From positions 62,310,001 through 62,374,000 of the forward strand of contig CM059441.1 in NCBI GenBank assembly GCA_030390025.1: a stretch of 64,000 bases of DNA, in the 5' to 3' direction. The notes under the pieces were generated by a model. The model searched no databases. It was given only the letters and a program-made list of their open reading frames with translations, and was not told where the DNA came from. The stretch comes from Squalus acanthias. Lineage: Eukaryota. Positions within the stretch are counted from its first letter, which is position 1, and each line of letters starts with the position of its first letter. The position numbers were made by a program, and so were the translations under genes. This document shows, piece after piece, positions 61,150 through 64,000 of this stretch.

Positions 61150-61640
61150 TTTGATTGATGTTGGTTGGGGCATAAATATTTGCCCCAGGACACCGCAGAG
61201 AACTCCCCTGCTCTTCTTTGAAATAGTGGCCGTGGGATATTTTATGTCCACATGAGAGGGCAGATGGCCACTCGGGTTTAACGTCTCATCTGAAAGACAA
61301 CACCCCCGACAGTGCAGCACTCCCTCAGTAGTGACCCTCCGACAGTGCAGCGCTCCCTCAGTACTGCCCCTCCTACAGTGCAGCGCTCCCTCAGTACTGC
61401 CCCTCCGACAGTGCAGCGCTCCCTCAGTACTGCCCCTCGACAGTGCAGCGCTCCCTCAGTACTGTCCCTCTGACAGTGCAGCGGAGCCTCACTCAGTAAT
61501 GCCCCGCTGATAGTGCATCGCTCCCTCAGTACTGCCACTGGGGAGTGTCGGGCTAGATTATCGGTTCAAGTCTCTGGAGTAGGAGTTGAACCCACAACCT
61601 TCTGGCTCAGAGACGAGAGACAGAGTGCTAAATCCATGAA
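61150..61640 (-). mobile_element. Deu-SINE with ~7 copies of the 33-bp unit (61305-61535)
   Basis: SINE head at ~61570-61640, array, then Deu core. Confidence 0.85.
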
Positions 61641-61776
61641 CCACAACTGCCGCAGCACTGATTGACGGTTAAGTTGACAAAGGGAAGTCTTTCAATTATA
61701 GTTGATTTTTAACTACGGGAAATATCTAAAATGGAATATTTTATAATTTATATTTACATTTATATTTATATTCCTT

Positions 61777-64000
61777 TGTAACAGTCTCGAGGGGCTGAAT
61801 AGGCCTCCTCCTCGTCCTATATAAAAGGCTCGAGGGGCTGAATGACCTCACACTGTTCCTATGTTACAGGCTCAAGGCACTGAGTGGCTTCCTCCTGTTC
61901 CTTTTTAACAGTCTCGAAGGAGCTGGATGGGCCTCCTCCTGTTCCTATGCAACAGGCTCGATGGGCTGAATGCCCTTCTTCTGTTCCAATATAAAAGGCT
62001 CGAGTTGGCTGACTGACCACCTCCTGATCTTATGCAACCGGCTCGAGGGACTGAACAACTGCCTCCTGTTCCTATGTTACAGGCTTGAGGAGCTGAATGG
62101 TCCTCCTTCTGTTCTTATGCAACAGGTTCGAGAGGGCTGAATGGCCTTCTCCTGTTTCTATGTAATGGGTTCGAGGGGCTGAATGGACCTACTCCTCTTC
62201 CTATACAACTGGCTCGATGGGCTGAATACCCTCCTCCTGTTCCTATACAACTGGCTCAATGGGCTGAATACACTCCTCCTGTTCCGATGTAAAAGGCACA
62301 AGGGGACTGAATGGCCTCCTCCTGTTTCTATTTAACCAGCTCGAGGAACTGAATGGGCTTAACTCCTGATCCTATGGAACCGGATCAAGGGACTGAATGG
62401 CCTCCTCCTATTCATTTGTAACAGCCTCGTGGGGCTGAAGGGGTCTCCTCCTGTTCTTATGCAGCAGGCTCGAGGGGCTGATTGGCCTCCTCCTGTTCCT
62501 ATGTAACAGGCTCGAGGTGGCTGAATGGCCTCCTCCTGTTCCTATGTAACAGGCTCGAGGTGGCTGAATGGCCTCCTCCTGTTTCTATGTAACGGGGTTG
62601 AGGGGCTGAATGGCCTCCTCCTGTTCCTATGTAACAGCCTCAAGGAGCTGAATGGCCTCCCCCTGTTCCTATGTAACAGCCTCAAGGGGCTGAATGGCCT
62701 CCTCCTGTTCCTTTGTAACAGACTCAAGGGGCTGAATGGCCGCCTCCTGTTCCTTTGTAACAGACTCAAGGGGCTGAATGGCCTCCTCCTGTTCCTTTGT
62801 AACAGACTCAAGGGGCTGAATGGCCTCCTCCTGTTCCTATGTAACAGCCTCAAGGGGCTGAATGTGGCGCCTCCTGGTCTTATGCAACAGGCTGGAAGTT
62901 CTGATACACCTCCTCCTGTTCCTATGTAATAAGCTCGAGGGGCTGAATGGCCTCCTCCTGTTGCTATGCAACAGGCTCGCGGGTGAATTGGCCTCCTCCA
63001 GTTCCTATGTAACAAGCTCAAGGGGCTGAATGGCCTCCTCCTGTTCCTATGTAACAGGCTCAAGATGGTGAATGGCCTCCTCCTTTTCATCTGTAGCAGA
63101 CTCAAGGGGGCGGAAAGGGCCTCCTCCTGTTCCTATGCAACAGGCTCGAGGGGCTGAATGGCCTCCTCCTGTTCCTATGTAGCAGACTCAAGGGGCTAAA
63201 TGACCTTTTTGTTCCTATTAAACAGAATCGAGGGGCTGAATGCCTAATCATGTTCCTTTGCAACATTCTTGAGATGCTTATTGGGCCTCCTCTTGTTCCT
63301 TTGTAATAGTTTCGAGTTGCTGAATGGTCTCCTGTTCCTATGTAACAGGCTTGAGGGGCTGTATGTGGCCTCCTCCCCTTCCTTTGTAACATTCTCGAGG
63401 GGTTGAATTGGCCTCCCCCTGTACATATGCAACAGGCCCAAAGGGCTGAATGGCCTGTGTAACATGCTCAATTGCATAAATGGCCACCTCCTGTTCCTAT
63501 GTAAAAGGCTCAAGGGGCTGAATGGCCTCCTCCTGTTCTTCTGTAACAGTCTCAAGGGGCTGAATGGCCTTTTCCTGTTCCTATGCAACAGCCTCGAGGG
63601 GCTGAATGGCCTAATCATGGGCCTACTCCTGATCCTATGCAACCGGCTCGAGGGACTGAACAACCGCCTTCTGTTCCTATGTTACAAGCTCAATGAGATG
63701 AATGGTCCTTCTCCTGTTCCTATGCAACAGGCTCAAGGGGCTGAATGGCCTCCTCCTGTTCCTATGCAACAGGTTTGGGTGTCTGAATGGCCTCTTCTTG
63801 TTCCTATGTAGTAAGTTCAAGGGGTTAAATGGCCTCCTCCTGTTCCTATGCAACAGGTTCGAAGGGCTGAATGGGCCTGCTCCAGTTCCTATGCAGTAGG
63901 CTCAAGAGGCTGAATGACATCCTGTTCCTATGTAACACGCTCAAGATGGCTGAATGGCCTCCTCCTGTTTCTACGTAACGTGCTTGAGGGGCTGAAAGGC
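61777..64000 (+). repeat. 42-bp satellite (GGCTCGAGGGGCTGAATGGCCTCCTCCTGTTCCTATGTAACA), >50 units, runs off the window
   Basis: Unit read directly; matches the CR1 3' tail (reverse complement of 1080-1115 and 18165-18200). Confidence 0.95.

Noticed and set aside
62525-63899. LRR-looking ORFs (LKGLNGLLLFLCN repeats)
   Set aside because: Translation of the 42-bp satellite (14 codons); no gene structure.

Overview
Vertebrate genomic DNA, very likely a cartilaginous fish (inferred from the CR1/HER1-type LINEs, SacSINE1/AmnSINE1-like Deu-SINEs and abundant Harbinger elements). Most of the window is transposon-derived. One complete, intact + strand gene can be assembled by hand: a non-coding exon 1 ending at 12104, then 10 coding exons from 13829 to 42598. 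All introns are GT-AG and phase-consistent, and the CDS is 2253 nt (750 aa). It encodes a Siglec-type receptor: leader, a V-set domain with the essential Arg and Siglec cysteine pattern, five C2-type Ig domains (two from a recent 2.27-kb tandem duplication), a TM helix containing a glutamate, and a tail with an ITIM (LLYANI) and an ITSM-like motif (TEYARI). Remnants of paralogues lie downstream: an inverted, disabled promoter/exon 1/exon 2 copy at ~58965-61146 and an intron-only copy at ~49875-51390. Mobile elements include a near-intact full-length CR1, a second young CR1 just past the Siglec stop, a complete two-gene Harbinger, many Harbinger-type MITEs, a Tigger-like MITE, a 1.8-kb solo LTR and L2 fragments. 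Two tandem-repeat families derive from retroposons: a 33-bp SINE-internal minisatellite and a 42-bp CR1-tail satellite.
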